From an uncultured Gemmatimonadales bacterium (lineage in GTDB: Bacteria > Gemmatimonadota > Gemmatimonadetes > Gemmatimonadales > GWC2-71-9): 64,000 bases of DNA. The translations under genes and the position numbers were made by a program. Location of the stretch: contig CAWHFW010000005.1 of assembly GCA_963828735.1 (NCBI GenBank), positions 160,001 to 224,000 on the forward strand, given 5' to 3'. The notes under the pieces were generated by a model. The model had not been told where the DNA came from. It saw nothing but the letters and a program-made list of their open reading frames with translations, and made no database searches. Below are positions 39,299 through 48,969 of this stretch, in pieces (position 1 is the first letter of the stretch; the number at the start of each line of letters is the position of its first letter).

Positions 39299-40402
39299 GT
39301 GACCGTTGCGATTGAAACCACCACGACCCCCTCTCCGAGCTCGCACGTTGACGGCGGAGACGATCGCCGGCGTCAGATGCCCAAGCGTCGCGCATGGCGT
39401 CCGGCTACCGAGCTCGCCGTGGACCTCGGCACCGCCAACACGCTCGTGTTGGTGAAAGGTGAAGGGGTGGTGCTGAACGAGCCCTCGGTCGCCGCGGTGG
39501 ATCAGGCGACCGGGAACATCATGGGGATCGGGCTCGAGGCCAAGCGGATGCTCGGCCGGACACCGGACGGGATCCTCGCGGTGCGACCGATGAAGGATGG
39601 GGTCATCGCCAACTTCGATGTCGCGGAGAAGATGCTCCGCCACTTCCTCCGGCTGGTGATCGACCGGACCATCTTCAAGGTCAAGCCGACGGTCATCGTC
39701 TGCGTCCCGTCGGGAATCACCGAGGTCGAGCGCCGCGCCGTGCGCGACTCGGCGCGGTCCGCGGGCGTCAAACGCCTGCTCATGGTCGCGGAGCCGATGG
39801 CGGCGGCGATCGGCGTGGGCCTGCCGGTGGATACCCCGGTCGGCAGCATGGTCATCGACATCGGCGGCGGCACCACCAACATCGCGGTCATCGCCCTCGG
39901 CGGCATCGTGTGCGACGCGTCGATCCGCACTGGCGGCGACGAGCTGGACCAGGCCATCGTCCAGTTCATGCGCAAGAACTACAGCCTCCTCATCGGCGAG
40001 CCCACCGCCGAGCGGATCAAGATCCGCCTCGGCTCGGCGGTCCCGCTCGAGCGCGAGGAGGAGATGGATGTGAAGGGTCGCGATCTCGTGTCCGGCCTGC
40101 CCAAGACGGTCCGGGTGGACTCTTCCGGAGTGCGGGACGCCATTCAGGAACCGGTGAGCCGGATCGTAAATGCCGTGCGCCGGGCCCTCGAGATGACGCC
40201 TCCCGAGCTGGCGAGCGACATCCTCGAGCGCGGCATCGTTCTCACGGGCGGCGGCTCCCTCATCCGCGGGCTCGACGCCCTGCTGATGGACGAGACCGGC
40301 CTGCCTGTACGGGTGGATGACGACCCGCTCACGTCGGTCGTCCGCGGCACCGGTCGCATCCTCGATGACTTCACCAGGTACAGCAACGTCCTGACGACCT
40401 GA
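39299..40402 (+). CDS. mreB: Rod shape-determining actin MreB (stand-alone paralog)
   Basis: AVDLGTANT, LNEPSV, RPMKDGVIA, EPMAAAIG, DIGGGTT, LTGGG. The start may be ATG 39377. Confidence 0.95.
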   Translation: MTVAIETTTTPSPSSHVDGGDDRRRQMPKRRAWRPATELAVDLGTANTLVLVKGEGVVLNEPSVAAVDQATGNIMGIGLEAKRMLGRTPDGILAVRPMKDGVIANFDVAEKMLRHFLRLVIDRTIFKVKPTVIVCVPSGITEVERRAVRDSARSAGVKRLLMVAEPMAAAIGVGLPVDTPVGSMVIDIGGGTTNIAVIALGGIVCDASIRTGGDELDQAIVQFMRKNYSLLIGEPTAERIKIRLGSAVPLEREEEMDVKGRDLVSGLPKTVRVDSSGVRDAIQEPVSRIVNAVRRALEMTPPELASDILERGIVLTGGGSLIRGLDALLMDETGLPVRVDDDPLTSVVRGTGRILDDFTRYSNVLTT

Positions 40403-40440
40403 GACTTCCGGGCGGCCGAGAGGCCGCTCGGGCCCCAGCC

Positions 40441-40493
40441 CCACACGCCGGTGGTCCCGCCCGAGGGCGAGGTCACCGGCGTGTGGTCTTTCT
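40441..40493 (+). terminator. Terminator-like hairpin after mreB
   Basis: Perfect 13-bp arms CCACACGCCGGTG / CACCGGCGTGTGG followed by TCTTTCT; a smaller GAGA-loop hairpin precedes it at about 40410-40430. Confidence 0.7.
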
Positions 40494-40853
40494 GTGGGCT
40501 CTCCCCAACAACTCCGGGCCGCATCGCCCCCTCACCACGCACTGCAATCCCTGGCCTCGGTGCATCGAGAGCCTACAGTTGGAACGGGTAAGCGCGGCCT
40601 TCCACGCCGGTTACCCCGATTGTCACGGGATCGTGCAGCGGCCCCGGCCGTTTGGCATGCCTATTCCTTAACAAGGAAACGCGCGCCTCTACCGTGGATC
40701 TCGAGGCGCACGTCCCGATCCCGGAGGTCTCGTGCAGTCGTCCCAGCTCTTTACGGTGACGCTCGGCGCACTCTCGCTCGCCGGTTCGCCTCCCGTCGCG
40801 GCTTCCCCGGCGGCGCTGCCGGCGCCGTCTCATCCCACTACGGGCAGGTGACT

Positions 40854-41270
40854 ATGACACCCTCGACCGAGGTGCTGCTGATCGAAGACGAGGCCGCCGA
40901 CCGCATGCTGGTGCAGGAGCTGGTGGCCCACAAGGGGCGCGGGCGCATTCGCGTGACCGAGGCGCCCGACCTGGCGACCGGCCTGGCCTTGCTGAGCTCC
41001 CGGGCCTTCGATCTGGTGTTATTGGATACGAAGCTGCGCGACGTGTCGGCGCTGTCCGCACTCCGCGCCGTGGGAGAGTGCGCGCCCGATACGCCGATTC
41101 TGGCCCACCCCACGTTCCTCACGATCGAGACGCGCCAGGCGGCGCGGAACCGTGGACCATGGGACGTCGTCGAGCGGGGCGGGCTCAACCCGATGTGGGC
41201 GGCCATGACCAACCTGCTCGCGCCGACACCCGACGAGCGTATCGCGGACAACCGCCTGCTGACGAACTGA
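40854..41270 (+). CDS. Single-domain atypical response regulator receiver
   Basis: VLLIEDE, FDLVLLD; conserved Thr/Ser and Lys positions not recognisable (ILAHP, DVVER). Confidence 0.7.
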   Translation: MTPSTEVLLIEDEAADRMLVQELVAHKGRGRIRVTEAPDLATGLALLSSRAFDLVLLDTKLRDVSALSALRAVGECAPDTPILAHPTFLTIETRQAARNRGPWDVVERGGLNPMWAAMTNLLAPTPDERIADNRLLTN

Positions 41271-41317
41271 TCGCTCATGACCTGCGCGGCCGGCGCTCGG
41301 TACGGCCGATCGTCCAG

Positions 41318-41791
41318 TCAGATCTCGTAGCGTCCCGACGGGCGACGAACGGACCGGGGTCTCCCAGGCGTCCCCGGCGTCATCGCCGGCGGCCCGAGCA
41401 GGTCGCGCAGGCGCGCGTACAGCTCGGCGAATCCAACCGGCTTGCGGAGCACCGGCAGGTCGCGATACCCCGTGAGCAGCTCCCGATGGTCGGCGTCCAC
41501 GGCCGCGGCCATGAGCGCCACCCGCACACCCGGATCGAGATCCCGCGCGCGCTCCACCAATTCCCCACCATCCATGCGCGGCATGTCGAGGTCGGCCAGC
41601 AGAAGCTTGACCTCTCTGGGATGGGCTTCGAGGTAGTGAAGCGCCGCCCGCCCCCCGTCACAGCTCTGCACCCGGTAGCCCAGCCCGCGGACCATCCGGC
41701 ACACGGCCGATCGCGCGGCCGACTCGTCATCCACCACCAGCACCAGCGGGCCGATCCCCGCAGCCGAGCCGGCATCTACATCGTCGAGCAT
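41318..41791 (-). CDS. Single-domain response regulator receiver
   Basis: VLVVDDE, LLLADLDMPRMDG, LRKP. Confidence 0.88.
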   Translation of the reverse strand: MLDDVDAGSAAGIGPLVLVVDDESAARSAVCRMVRGLGYRVQSCDGGRAALHYLEAHPREVKLLLADLDMPRMDGGELVERARDLDPGVRVALMAAAVDADHRELLTGYRDLPVLRKPVGFAELYARLRDLLGPPAMTPGTPGRPRSVRRPSGRYEI

Positions 41792-41869
41792 GAGGCCTCC
41801 GTGCGGCCTGGGGGCCGCCGTTGGCCCTCCCCACGAAGAGGGCGCTCGGTCCGTCTTGTCTGCTTCCCG

Positions 41870-42136
41870 TCAGGCACGGGGCTGTCGGAAGTCGCTGAGG
41901 CGCGAGGGGCGGCCCGCGAACCCGGCGGGGCGCTCCCCACCGCCACGGAACTCGAAATGCCTGTCGTCCAACGGCCGGTCGAGCAGCAGCTCGCCGGACC
42001 GCCGACCGCCCCTGAGCCGGGCCGCGGCGACGCAATCGAGCAGCTCCCCGATCGGCCTCCACTCGTTGGCCGGCACGCCGGGATAGAGACCGGCGAACTC
42101 CTGCCGCAGTCTGGCCTGACGTCGTCCTGTCTGCAT
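41870..42136 (-). CDS. Small hypothetical protein
   Basis: MQTGRRQARLRQEFAGLYPGVPANEW...LDDRHFEFRGG; coding-like and co-oriented with neighbours. Confidence 0.6.
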   Translation of the reverse strand: MQTGRRQARLRQEFAGLYPGVPANEWRPIGELLDCVAAARLRGGRRSGELLLDRPLDDRHFEFRGGGERPAGFAGRPSRLSDFRQPRA

Positions 42137-42309
42137 GGACAGCCTGCTTGCCGATGACCTTTTCAAGATATCATCGGCCCGGGAGACCTGCTGTGAGGCG
42201 CTTCATCGAACCGGGGTGACTTCGGAGGTGCGCACGACAGACGGAGGCCACTCGGCTGCGACACGATCGCGCCGCGAGGCCTGTCTCGCGGCGCGGTGTC
42301 AGCCGTACC

Positions 42310-43287
42310 TCAGAACTTGACCTGGGCTTGTGCGATGAGCATGCCGTGGCGGACGCCTGGCGTCCCGATCTTGCGGGACACGTAGTTCCCCAGCAGTCTG
42401 ACCTTGCCGCCACCGAATTCCACGTTCACGCCGCCCGTCGTTCCCAGGTTGCGAACCGCCTCGCTGATCGCCGAGCGCCGGAAATCCTCCTGCTTGAGCA
42501 CGAACTGAACCCAGGGGAGCACGCGATAGGTGCCCTGCGCGTACCAACCCTTGTCATCGAGCCCACCGCCATCGCGATGCTGGCCGATATACTCGCCCTT
42601 GAGGGCGGCGCCTTGGTACTCGAGGCTCAGGTCGACGCCATAGCGCGTGCTGTCCGAGCCGTATTGTGCGAAGTTCCCGCCGAGCGTCAGGTACGCGACC
42701 GGGCGCACCGTCGCCCGACCGACCCAGAGGAGCGACGAGTCCGCGTTCGCCGTGACGTTCTGTCCCTCCCCGTTGAACACTCCCAGGATGAGCGTCGCGC
42801 TCGGGCCGATCGCGTAGTCCGCCATGATGCCGATGTCCCGCTTGGGGGCGATCGAGTCCACCACCGTCGATCGGTCGGCGGTCTCGACGTCGGCCAGTGA
42901 GGTGATGAACTCTCGAGTGAACGGGGTCTTGTACTGCCCCGCCTGAATGCCGAAGTTGCCGGTCCTGTACCGGATGTAGGCGTCCTGGAGCGACACGCTC
43001 GCCTTGCCCGTCCCGACCGCACCGGTTCTGAACTCGCCTTGCACGCGCCAGGTGACGTCTCTCGCGAGACCGCCGTACGCCGTGAGTCGGGCCCGGTTGA
43101 TGGATCCGGTAAGTCCGACCTCGTCGCGGTATGCTTCCCGGGCCTGCAGATAGCCGGTGAAACGCACGCTGGGGGCGGATGGTGGCGCGGGTGCGGGTGC
43201 CGGCGCGGGGCCCTGAGCGGCGGCTCGAGTCGCAGAATCGAAGGAGAGAAAGAGAGGTAGAGCAGGCAGACGGCGGACCCGAGACAC
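42310..43287 (-). CDS. Outer-membrane porin, phosphate-selective porin (OprO/OprP)-like
   Basis: SINRARL, LQDAYI, IQAGQYKTPFTRE, RDIG, GVFNGEG, amphipathic beta strands, C-terminal Phe. True start may be ATG 43298 with an indel in the signal peptide. Confidence 0.8.
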   Translation of the reverse strand: MSRVRRLPALPLFLSFDSATRAAAQGPAPAPAPAPPSAPSVRFTGYLQAREAYRDEVGLTGSINRARLTAYGGLARDVTWRVQGEFRTGAVGTGKASVSLQDAYIRYRTGNFGIQAGQYKTPFTREFITSLADVETADRSTVVDSIAPKRDIGIMADYAIGPSATLILGVFNGEGQNVTANADSSLLWVGRATVRPVAYLTLGGNFAQYGSDSTRYGVDLSLEYQGAALKGEYIGQHRDGGGLDDKGWYAQGTYRVLPWVQFVLKQEDFRRSAISEAVRNLGTTGGVNVEFGGGKVRLLGNYVSRKIGTPGVRHGMLIAQAQVKF

Positions 43288-43366
43288 GGAACGCGCATGG
43301 GCTGTCCGGGATGGAGGTGTTGAAGTCGCTTGAGGGTAAATTAGGGTGCGTTAGAGCCAATTTTGG

Positions 43367-43394
43367 TTGCCCATGTCAGTTTATCAAGTATTAT
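43367..43394 (+). promoter_or_regulatory. Sigma70-type promoter for the mod operon
   Basis: TTGCCC-16 nt-TATTAT in an AT-rich island, 10 nt before ATG 43405. Confidence 0.55.
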
Positions 43395-43404
43395 AGGGAT
43401 CAAC

Positions 43405-43800
43405 ATGGGACTCTTGAGCGCTGATCAGGCGGCCTCCTATCTCCACCTGAACGTCAAGCGCGTTCAGGCGCTGGCTCGGGCGGGCAAGCTCCCCGGTCGC
43501 CGAGTCGGACGGAAATGGCTGTTCGACGAGCGCGACCTCGACGCGGCGCTCGGGCGCGGTGCCCGGGCCGAGGTCGGCGGTCTCGACCTGAGCGCCCGGA
43601 ACCAGCTTCACGGCCGCGTGCTCGGGCTCGCCGTCGATGGACTGATGGCGGAGGTTCGCATCGGCATCGGCGATCAGGAGCTGGTGGCCATCATCACCCG
43701 GAGCTCGGCCGAACGGCTTCGCCTCAAGGTCGGCGAATCGGTGTTCGCCGTCGTGAAGTCCACCGAGGTCATGATCGCGAAAGGCACCGCCCCGTCATGA
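43405..43800 (+). CDS. Excisionase-like HTH plus TOBE domain protein (putative molybdate-responsive regulator)
   Basis: LLSADQAASYL...LPGRRVGRKWLF (HTH_17/Xis-like) fused to LSARNQL...AIITRSS...KSTEV (TOBE/Mop). Confidence 0.88.
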   Translation: MGLLSADQAASYLHLNVKRVQALARAGKLPGRRVGRKWLFDERDLDAALGRGARAEVGGLDLSARNQLHGRVLGLAVDGLMAEVRIGIGDQELVAIITRSSAERLRLKVGESVFAVVKSTEVMIAKGTAPS

Positions 43801-44613
43801 ACATCGTGATTCGTCTCGCCCTGGCCGCCCTCGGCGTTCCGCTCCTGGCCAGCCGCCCGGTCGAGCCCGCACCGTCGACGCTCAACGTGTTCGCGGCGGC
43901 CTCGCTCACCGAGGCGTTCACCGACCTGGGTCACACCCTCGAGCAGCGGAACCCCGGCCTCACGGTCCAGTTCAACTTCGCGGGGTCCCAGCAGCTGGCA
44001 CTCCAGATCGAACAGGGCGCGCCGGCCGACGTGTTCGCCTCCGCCGACCAGCGCTGGATGGACTACGCGAAGGGAAAGGGAGAGGTGGAAGGCGAGGCAC
44101 CGACGTTCGCGCGGAATCGTCTCATCGTCATCGTGCCCAAGACGAATCCCGCACGCATCGGCGCGCTGCCCGACCTGGCCCGCCGCGGAACCAAGATCGT
44201 CATGGCCGCCGAAGCGGTACCGGTCGGGAAGTACAGCCGCGAGGCGCTGCAGAAGCTGGCCGGCGCCCAAGGCTATCCGGAGGGGTACGACCGAAAGGTG
44301 CTCGCCAACGTGGTGTCGCAGGAAGAGAACGTGAAGAGCGTGGTCAGCAAGGTCCAGCTCGGCGAGGCCGACGCCGGGATCGTCTACCGCTCGGACGTCA
44401 CGCCGGCCGCGTGCGCGCTACGTCCGGGAGTTCGCGATCCCCGACGAATACAACGTGATCGCGGACTATCCGATCGCGGTGCTCAAGTCCGCCAGGAATC
44501 CCGAAGCGGCCCGCCTGTTCGTGGAGCTCGTGCGGAGCGAGGACGGGCAGAAGGTCCTGGAGCAGCATGGCCTGCTCCGCGCCATGGCCGCCGAGCCGGT
44601 GCCCCACCCCTGA
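43797..44613 (+). CDS. modA: Molybdate ABC transporter substrate-binding protein (one apparent frameshift)
   Basis: VFAAASL, FAGSQQL, DVFASAD, VPVGKY, GEADAGIVYRSD; extra base near 44411, then ...DYPIAVL...VLEQHG...*. Confidence 0.92.
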
Positions 44614-45465
44614 CGCTGTCGCAGCGGATCGCCCCGCGGCCCGCCCCTCTGGCGACGTTCGCGCTCCGCGCGACGGGGGCGGTGCTCGCCGGTCTGTTGC
44701 TGGTGCTGCTGGGCCTCCCGCTGGTGAGCCTGCTGGTCCGCCTGTCTCCCGGCGCGCTCGCTCGAGCGCCTGCGCGAGCCGTTGGTGCTCCAGGCGCTCC
44801 GGCTCAGCCTCGTCACCAGTCTTTCCGCCACCCTCGTCGTCATCGCGCTCGGGCTGCCCGTGGCGTACCTGCTCGCGATGCGCGAGTTTCGCGGGAAGCG
44901 CGTCCTCGAGGCGTTCATCGACCTCCCGATGGTGTTGCCGCCGACGGTGGCCGGCGTCGCGCTGCTCACGGCCTTCGGCCGAAACGGGCTCGCAGGCCAC
45001 GCCCTCGGCGCCCTGGGCATCACGCTGCCCTTCACGACGCTGGGAGTCGTGGTCGCCCAGGCGTTCGTCGCGGCGCCGTTCTTCATCGGCGCCGCCCGGG
45101 CCGGCTTCACGGAAGTGGATCGCAAATACCTCGACGCCGCCGCGACCCTGCGCGCGTCCCCGGCGCGTGCCTTTCTCTCGGTGCTCGTCCCGCTGGCCGC
45201 ACCTGGCCTGCTGGCCGGCGCCGCGACGGGCTGGGCCCGGGCGCTCGGCGAGTTCGGCGCGACCATCACCTTCGCCGGCAACATGCCGGGGATCACACAG
45301 ACGATGCCGCTCGCCGTGTATCTCGCACTGCAGAGCGATCTGGAGGCCGCCATCGCGCTCTCGGTCCTGCTGCTCCTCTTCTCGTTGACGGTCCTGCTCG
45401 CCATCCGGCTCAGCCCTTCGAGCCTCACCGTGCTGGTCGCACGTGCTCGACGCACGGCTCGTTAA
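44610..45465 (+). CDS. modB: Molybdate ABC transporter permease (frameshift near 44760, start uncertain)
   Basis: LPMVLPPTVAG, AAATLRAS, WARALGEFGATITFAGN, TMPLAVY; first TM (LLGLPLVSLL) in an upstream frame. Confidence 0.9.
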
Positions 45466-46516
45466 GCACCGCTCCGCATTCACGCTCGACGTCGCGTTCC
45501 AGGCACCCTCCGGCAGCACCACGGTGCTGGTGGGCGAGAGCGGCGCGGGCAAGACCTCCGTGCTCCGCCTGCTCACGGGTCTCGACCGCCTGGACGACGG
45601 CTTGGTCACCCTGGGCGCGGAACGCTACGCCGACGCATCTCTCGGCCTGCACCGTGACCCGTGGCAGCGCGAGATCGGCTATGTCGCGCAGGACTACGCG
45701 TTGTTTCCGCACCTGTCCGTGTTCGACAATGTGGCCTTTGGTCTCCGCGCCGCCGGCGTCGAGCGCCGCAGAATCCGCTCCATGGTCGAGGAGGCACTCG
45801 GCCTGCTCGGCATTGACGCGCTCGAGGCTCGCGCCTCGCTCCAGCTCTCGGGAGGTCAGCAGCAGCGCGTCGCGCTGGCGCGGGCACTCGTGCTGAGCCC
45901 GCGTCTGCTCCTGCTCGACGAGCCCCTGTCCTCGCTCGACCTTCAGACCCGGCGCGCGGTTCGCGGCGAGCTCCGCGCCCTGCTCCAGCGGCTGGACTGC
46001 GTGACGGTGTACGTCACCCACAGTCCGGTCGAAGCGCTCGTGTTCGGCGATCAGATCGTGGTGCTCGAGCAGGGGCACGTGGCGCAGGCGGGGACACGCG
46101 AGGACCTGCTTCGGCGACCCAGGTCCTCGTTCGTGGCGGAGCTGGTCGGGACCAATCTGTTCGTGGGGCGGCCGAGGGAGGGCGGGCCGCTCTTCTTGCC
46201 GACCATTCGGACCGCGGAGGGCGAGTTCTTGGTGGAGGATGCGCCCGGTCCGGGCACCGTGTTCCTGACCGTAAGCCCGCGAGAGATCACCCTCTCTCCC
46301 CGCATCCCTGAAACCAGCGCGCAGAACGTCTTCCTCAGCACGATTCGCGAGATCATTCCCGAGGCACCTGCGGGCGACCGGGTCCGCGTGGTGCTCGACG
46401 CACGCCCCACCCTGGTCGCCGAGGTCACCCGCGAGGCGGTCGCCACGCTCGACCTTCAGGTCGGCATGCGGATCCACGCCACGTTCAAGGCGACCGGCGT
46501 GCACGTGTACGCCTAA
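45443..46516 (+). CDS. modC: Molybdate ABC transporter ATPase with TOBE domain
   Basis: GESGAGKT, LFPHL, LSGGQQQRV, LLLDEP, VTH, SAQN...FKAT. Confidence 0.92.
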   Translation: MLDARLVKHRSAFTLDVAFQAPSGSTTVLVGESGAGKTSVLRLLTGLDRLDDGLVTLGAERYADASLGLHRDPWQREIGYVAQDYALFPHLSVFDNVAFGLRAAGVERRRIRSMVEEALGLLGIDALEARASLQLSGGQQQRVALARALVLSPRLLLLDEPLSSLDLQTRRAVRGELRALLQRLDCVTVYVTHSPVEALVFGDQIVVLEQGHVAQAGTREDLLRRPRSSFVAELVGTNLFVGRPREGGPLFLPTIRTAEGEFLVEDAPGPGTVFLTVSPREITLSPRIPETSAQNVFLSTIREIIPEAPAGDRVRVVLDARPTLVAEVTREAVATLDLQVGMRIHATFKATGVHVYA

Positions 46517-46753
46517 GCGCCGGTGCCCCCACCGCAGCACGACCGTTGAAACATACGTTACAACATGCGTTGTGCGGTGGTTTTCGCTAAAACAATCCAA
46601 GCCTGCTTCGCCTGTGCAAGACCTCCATGGCCTCGGCCTGCTAGCGTGCCAAGCAACCCGGTCCTGGCGAGCGCCAAGTCCTCGACCCTCCCAACCACAT
46701 TCCGGTCGCCCGGTGGGCGGCCCTCAAGCTCGAATTCCTCAGGAGGTCTCCAT

Positions 46754-47272
46754 ATGGAAAGTGTCCGCCTTTTCAAGATCGCTGTCGGCGCCCTGCTCCC
46801 AGTGGTTGCTGCCTGCAGTGACGACAACGCGCCGGCAGCTCCAGCGACGAGCTTCACGGCTACGCTGTCGGGGGCCAACGAGGTTCCGGCAGTGACGACC
46901 CCCGCGACGGGGACCGCGACGCTGACGGTGAGCGGCTCGGTCATTCAATACACGGTGAACGTGACCGATCTGCAAAACGCAGTCGTGGCGCACATTCACA
47001 TCGCGCCGACTGGCCAGAACGGCCCCGTGCGCCTCAACCTATGCGGCACCGGTGACCCGCTGCCTGCGTGCACGAGCGGCACCGGGGTCCTGGCCACGGG
47101 CAGCAACGGGACGACCGTTGGCGATCCGGCGATCACGTTCGACTCCTTGCTCTCGGCGATGCGCACGGGGGGAGCGTACGTCAACGTGCACACGAGCGCA
47201 GCCGACTGCACGCCTGGCAGCCCGGGCTGCAACCCGGGGGGTGAGATTCGCGGGCAGGTCACCAGCAACTGA
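46754..47272 (+). CDS. CHRD-domain lipoprotein
   Basis: AGGAGG SD; VAAC lipobox; LSGANEVP, AHIH, YVNVHT, GEIRGQ. Confidence 0.9.
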   Translation: MESVRLFKIAVGALLPVVAACSDDNAPAAPATSFTATLSGANEVPAVTTPATGTATLTVSGSVIQYTVNVTDLQNAVVAHIHIAPTGQNGPVRLNLCGTGDPLPACTSGTGVLATGSNGTTVGDPAITFDSLLSAMRTGGAYVNVHTSAADCTPGSPGCNPGGEIRGQVTSN

Positions 47273-47289
47273 AGAGGAGGCTTGCCGCC

Positions 47290-47316
47290 ACCGGCGACGC
47301 GCTGGGCGTCGCCGGT
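47290..47316. terminator. Hairpin between convergent CHRD and cytochrome genes
   Basis: 11-bp arms ACCGGCGACGC / GCGTCGCCGGT with a 5-nt loop. Confidence 0.65.
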
Positions 47317-47328
47317 TTAGTTGCCGGT

Positions 47329-48546
47329 CTAGAGGGACTTGAGGTATTCCACCAGGTCGGCCTTCTGCTGCGCCGTCAGATTGAGGCCCTGCCTCGTGTC
47401 GTAGCGCTCCACTACCGCCTCGAGCGTCGATGCAATCCCGTTGTGGAAGTACGGCGGGTGCAGCTGGAGCGCCCGCAGTGGGGTTGTGCGGTACAGCTTC
47501 GTCGCGCTTCGCGCGGCCGCGCTCGGCGCACCGTTCGGCTCTGGCTCGCTCACGACCTCAGAGGGTGAATGCAGCCGGGTGTTCGCGTCCGTGAGCAGGG
47601 TCCCCATGTGGCAGGTCGAGCATTTGCCGGCCCCGGTGAAGACCGCCCGCCCGCGGCTCGCCGCGGCCGCGTCGAAGCTTCCGGCGGCCGGCTTCGGCGC
47701 GTTGATGCTCAGTTGGTATGCTTGCAGTGCGGCAAGCTTGTCCGAGATCAGGTCGGGCGGATTCTGGACGTTGATGCCGAGCCGGGGCTCCGCAAATGAT
47801 CCGTGGCCGTGCATCTGCGTGACGCCCACGTATCGGTTCCAGTATTCAATGTCCTGGCCGTCCCCCGTGAACGTGATGCTGTTGACGCCCCGAAGGCCGT
47901 ACGCCGGCGGGATGAGCACGGGTCCGTTCAGGCCGTCGAAGTTGATGCGAGGATCGAAGCGTCCCGGCCCCCACGAATTGTAGATCGCCTTCTGCTCAGG
48001 GGTGAGCACCGGTGAAAGCGCCACGATCGCGCCCGGATTGAGCTCGAGATTGGGCCAGCCATCGAGCCGCGAGCCGATCCCCTTCGCGATCCGGTCATCG
48101 ACCGTCGAGTGGCACAAGGCGCAGGTGGTACCGAGCTGCGTGATCTGGTTGTTCGTGTCCACGGTAGCCCGCAGGCCCACCACCGCCCCGAGCTTGAGCA
48201 GCGTGACCGTCGTCGCCGGGTCGTTCAGGTCCACTTGCCCGGCCTGAATGGCTTGCAGCACCTCCGGGGGCAGTGTATCCGCATCCACCTTGAGGCCGAC
48301 CGCGAGCGCCGTGGTGGGTGGGACGTGCTGCACGATCTCGTGCAGGCGCAGCGTGTCGGTCCAGAACGTCTCGTCGCCGAACGTCTCGAAACGGAAGATC
48401 TGCTGGCCCTCGTCTATCACCGGCCCGGACGGTGCGGTCGGCTCGGAATCGTGGCTGCAGGAGATCGCGATGAGCACGCTCGCGGCCACGCCGAGCAGCG
48501 GCAGCCATCGCATCCCTCGCACCGACATCGCTGACATATTTGCCAT
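47329..48546 (-). CDS. Di-haem c-type cytochrome lipoprotein (distant cytochrome c peroxidase/MauG-like)
   Basis: Two CxxCH (CALCH, CSTCH), AISC lipobox, YRTTPLR...PPYFHNG...LEAVV...L.EYLKSL C-terminal pattern; AAGGAGG SD. Confidence 0.85.
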   Translation of the reverse strand: MANMSAMSVRGMRWLPLLGVAASVLIAISCSHDSEPTAPSGPVIDEGQQIFRFETFGDETFWTDTLRLHEIVQHVPPTTALAVGLKVDADTLPPEVLQAIQAGQVDLNDPATTVTLLKLGAVVGLRATVDTNNQITQLGTTCALCHSTVDDRIAKGIGSRLDGWPNLELNPGAIVALSPVLTPEQKAIYNSWGPGRFDPRINFDGLNGPVLIPPAYGLRGVNSITFTGDGQDIEYWNRYVGVTQMHGHGSFAEPRLGINVQNPPDLISDKLAALQAYQLSINAPKPAAGSFDAAAASRGRAVFTGAGKCSTCHMGTLLTDANTRLHSPSEVVSEPEPNGAPSAAARSATKLYRTTPLRALQLHPPYFHNGIASTLEAVVERYDTRQGLNLTAQQKADLVEYLKSL

Positions 48547-48603
48547 GTTCTCCTCCTTGCCGCGCGTCGGTTGCGTCCCGCACGCATCATCACACAGGGT
48601 CAG

Positions 48604-48969
48604 TTATCGAACGATCAGCTTACCCAGCATGGTGGGGTGCAACTCGCAGAAATAGGAATTCTCGCCGCGGTGGTTCGCGACGTAGTGCCCGCTCACGCCT
48701 TGAGGCATCGGACCCGTGTTCCATCCGCCTTTCCGCTTGGCCGTCGCGGTGTGCGGGACGATGTCCCGATTGATCCAGACGACGGTGTCCCCGCGCTGCA
48801 CCTCCAGCACTTCCGGGTGAAACGCCATTCCTCGGATCTCGATGAGCTGGCGGTGGGGAGCGGGATCGCTCGGTCGCGGGGAAACGGCGGCGGCGGTGAG
48901 GACCAGGACTCCGGCCACCGCCAGCGCGGCGACCGGAATTCCAGCGGCCCAGGGCCTCACACTCGTCAC
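48604..48969 (-). CDS. Type-1 copper cupredoxin (amicyanin/plastocyanin-like)
   Basis: Signal peptide, F.P..L.V..GDTV.W.N.D..PHT, ligand loop YFCELHPTM (C-x2-H-x2-M). Confidence 0.9.
   Translation of the reverse strand: MTSVRPWAAGIPVAALAVAGVLVLTAAAVSPRPSDPAPHRQLIEIRGMAFHPEVLEVQRGDTVVWINRDIVPHTATAKRKGGWNTGPMPQGVSGHYVANHRGENSYFCELHPTMLGKLIVR

Noticed and set aside
40652..40668. Sigma54 promoter TGGCAT-N5-TTCC
   Set aside because: The -12 GC is CC and it is about 185 nt from the next gene; mentioned only as a weak possibility, not listed as a feature.
43405..43800. Excisionase as evidence of a prophage or integrative element
   Set aside because: The HTH is fused to a TOBE domain and leads modABC; no integrase, att site or phage genes nearby.
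43515..45896. 793-aa apparent ModA-ModB fusion
   Set aside because: Artefact of indels near 44411 and 44760; repairing them gives separate modA and modB.
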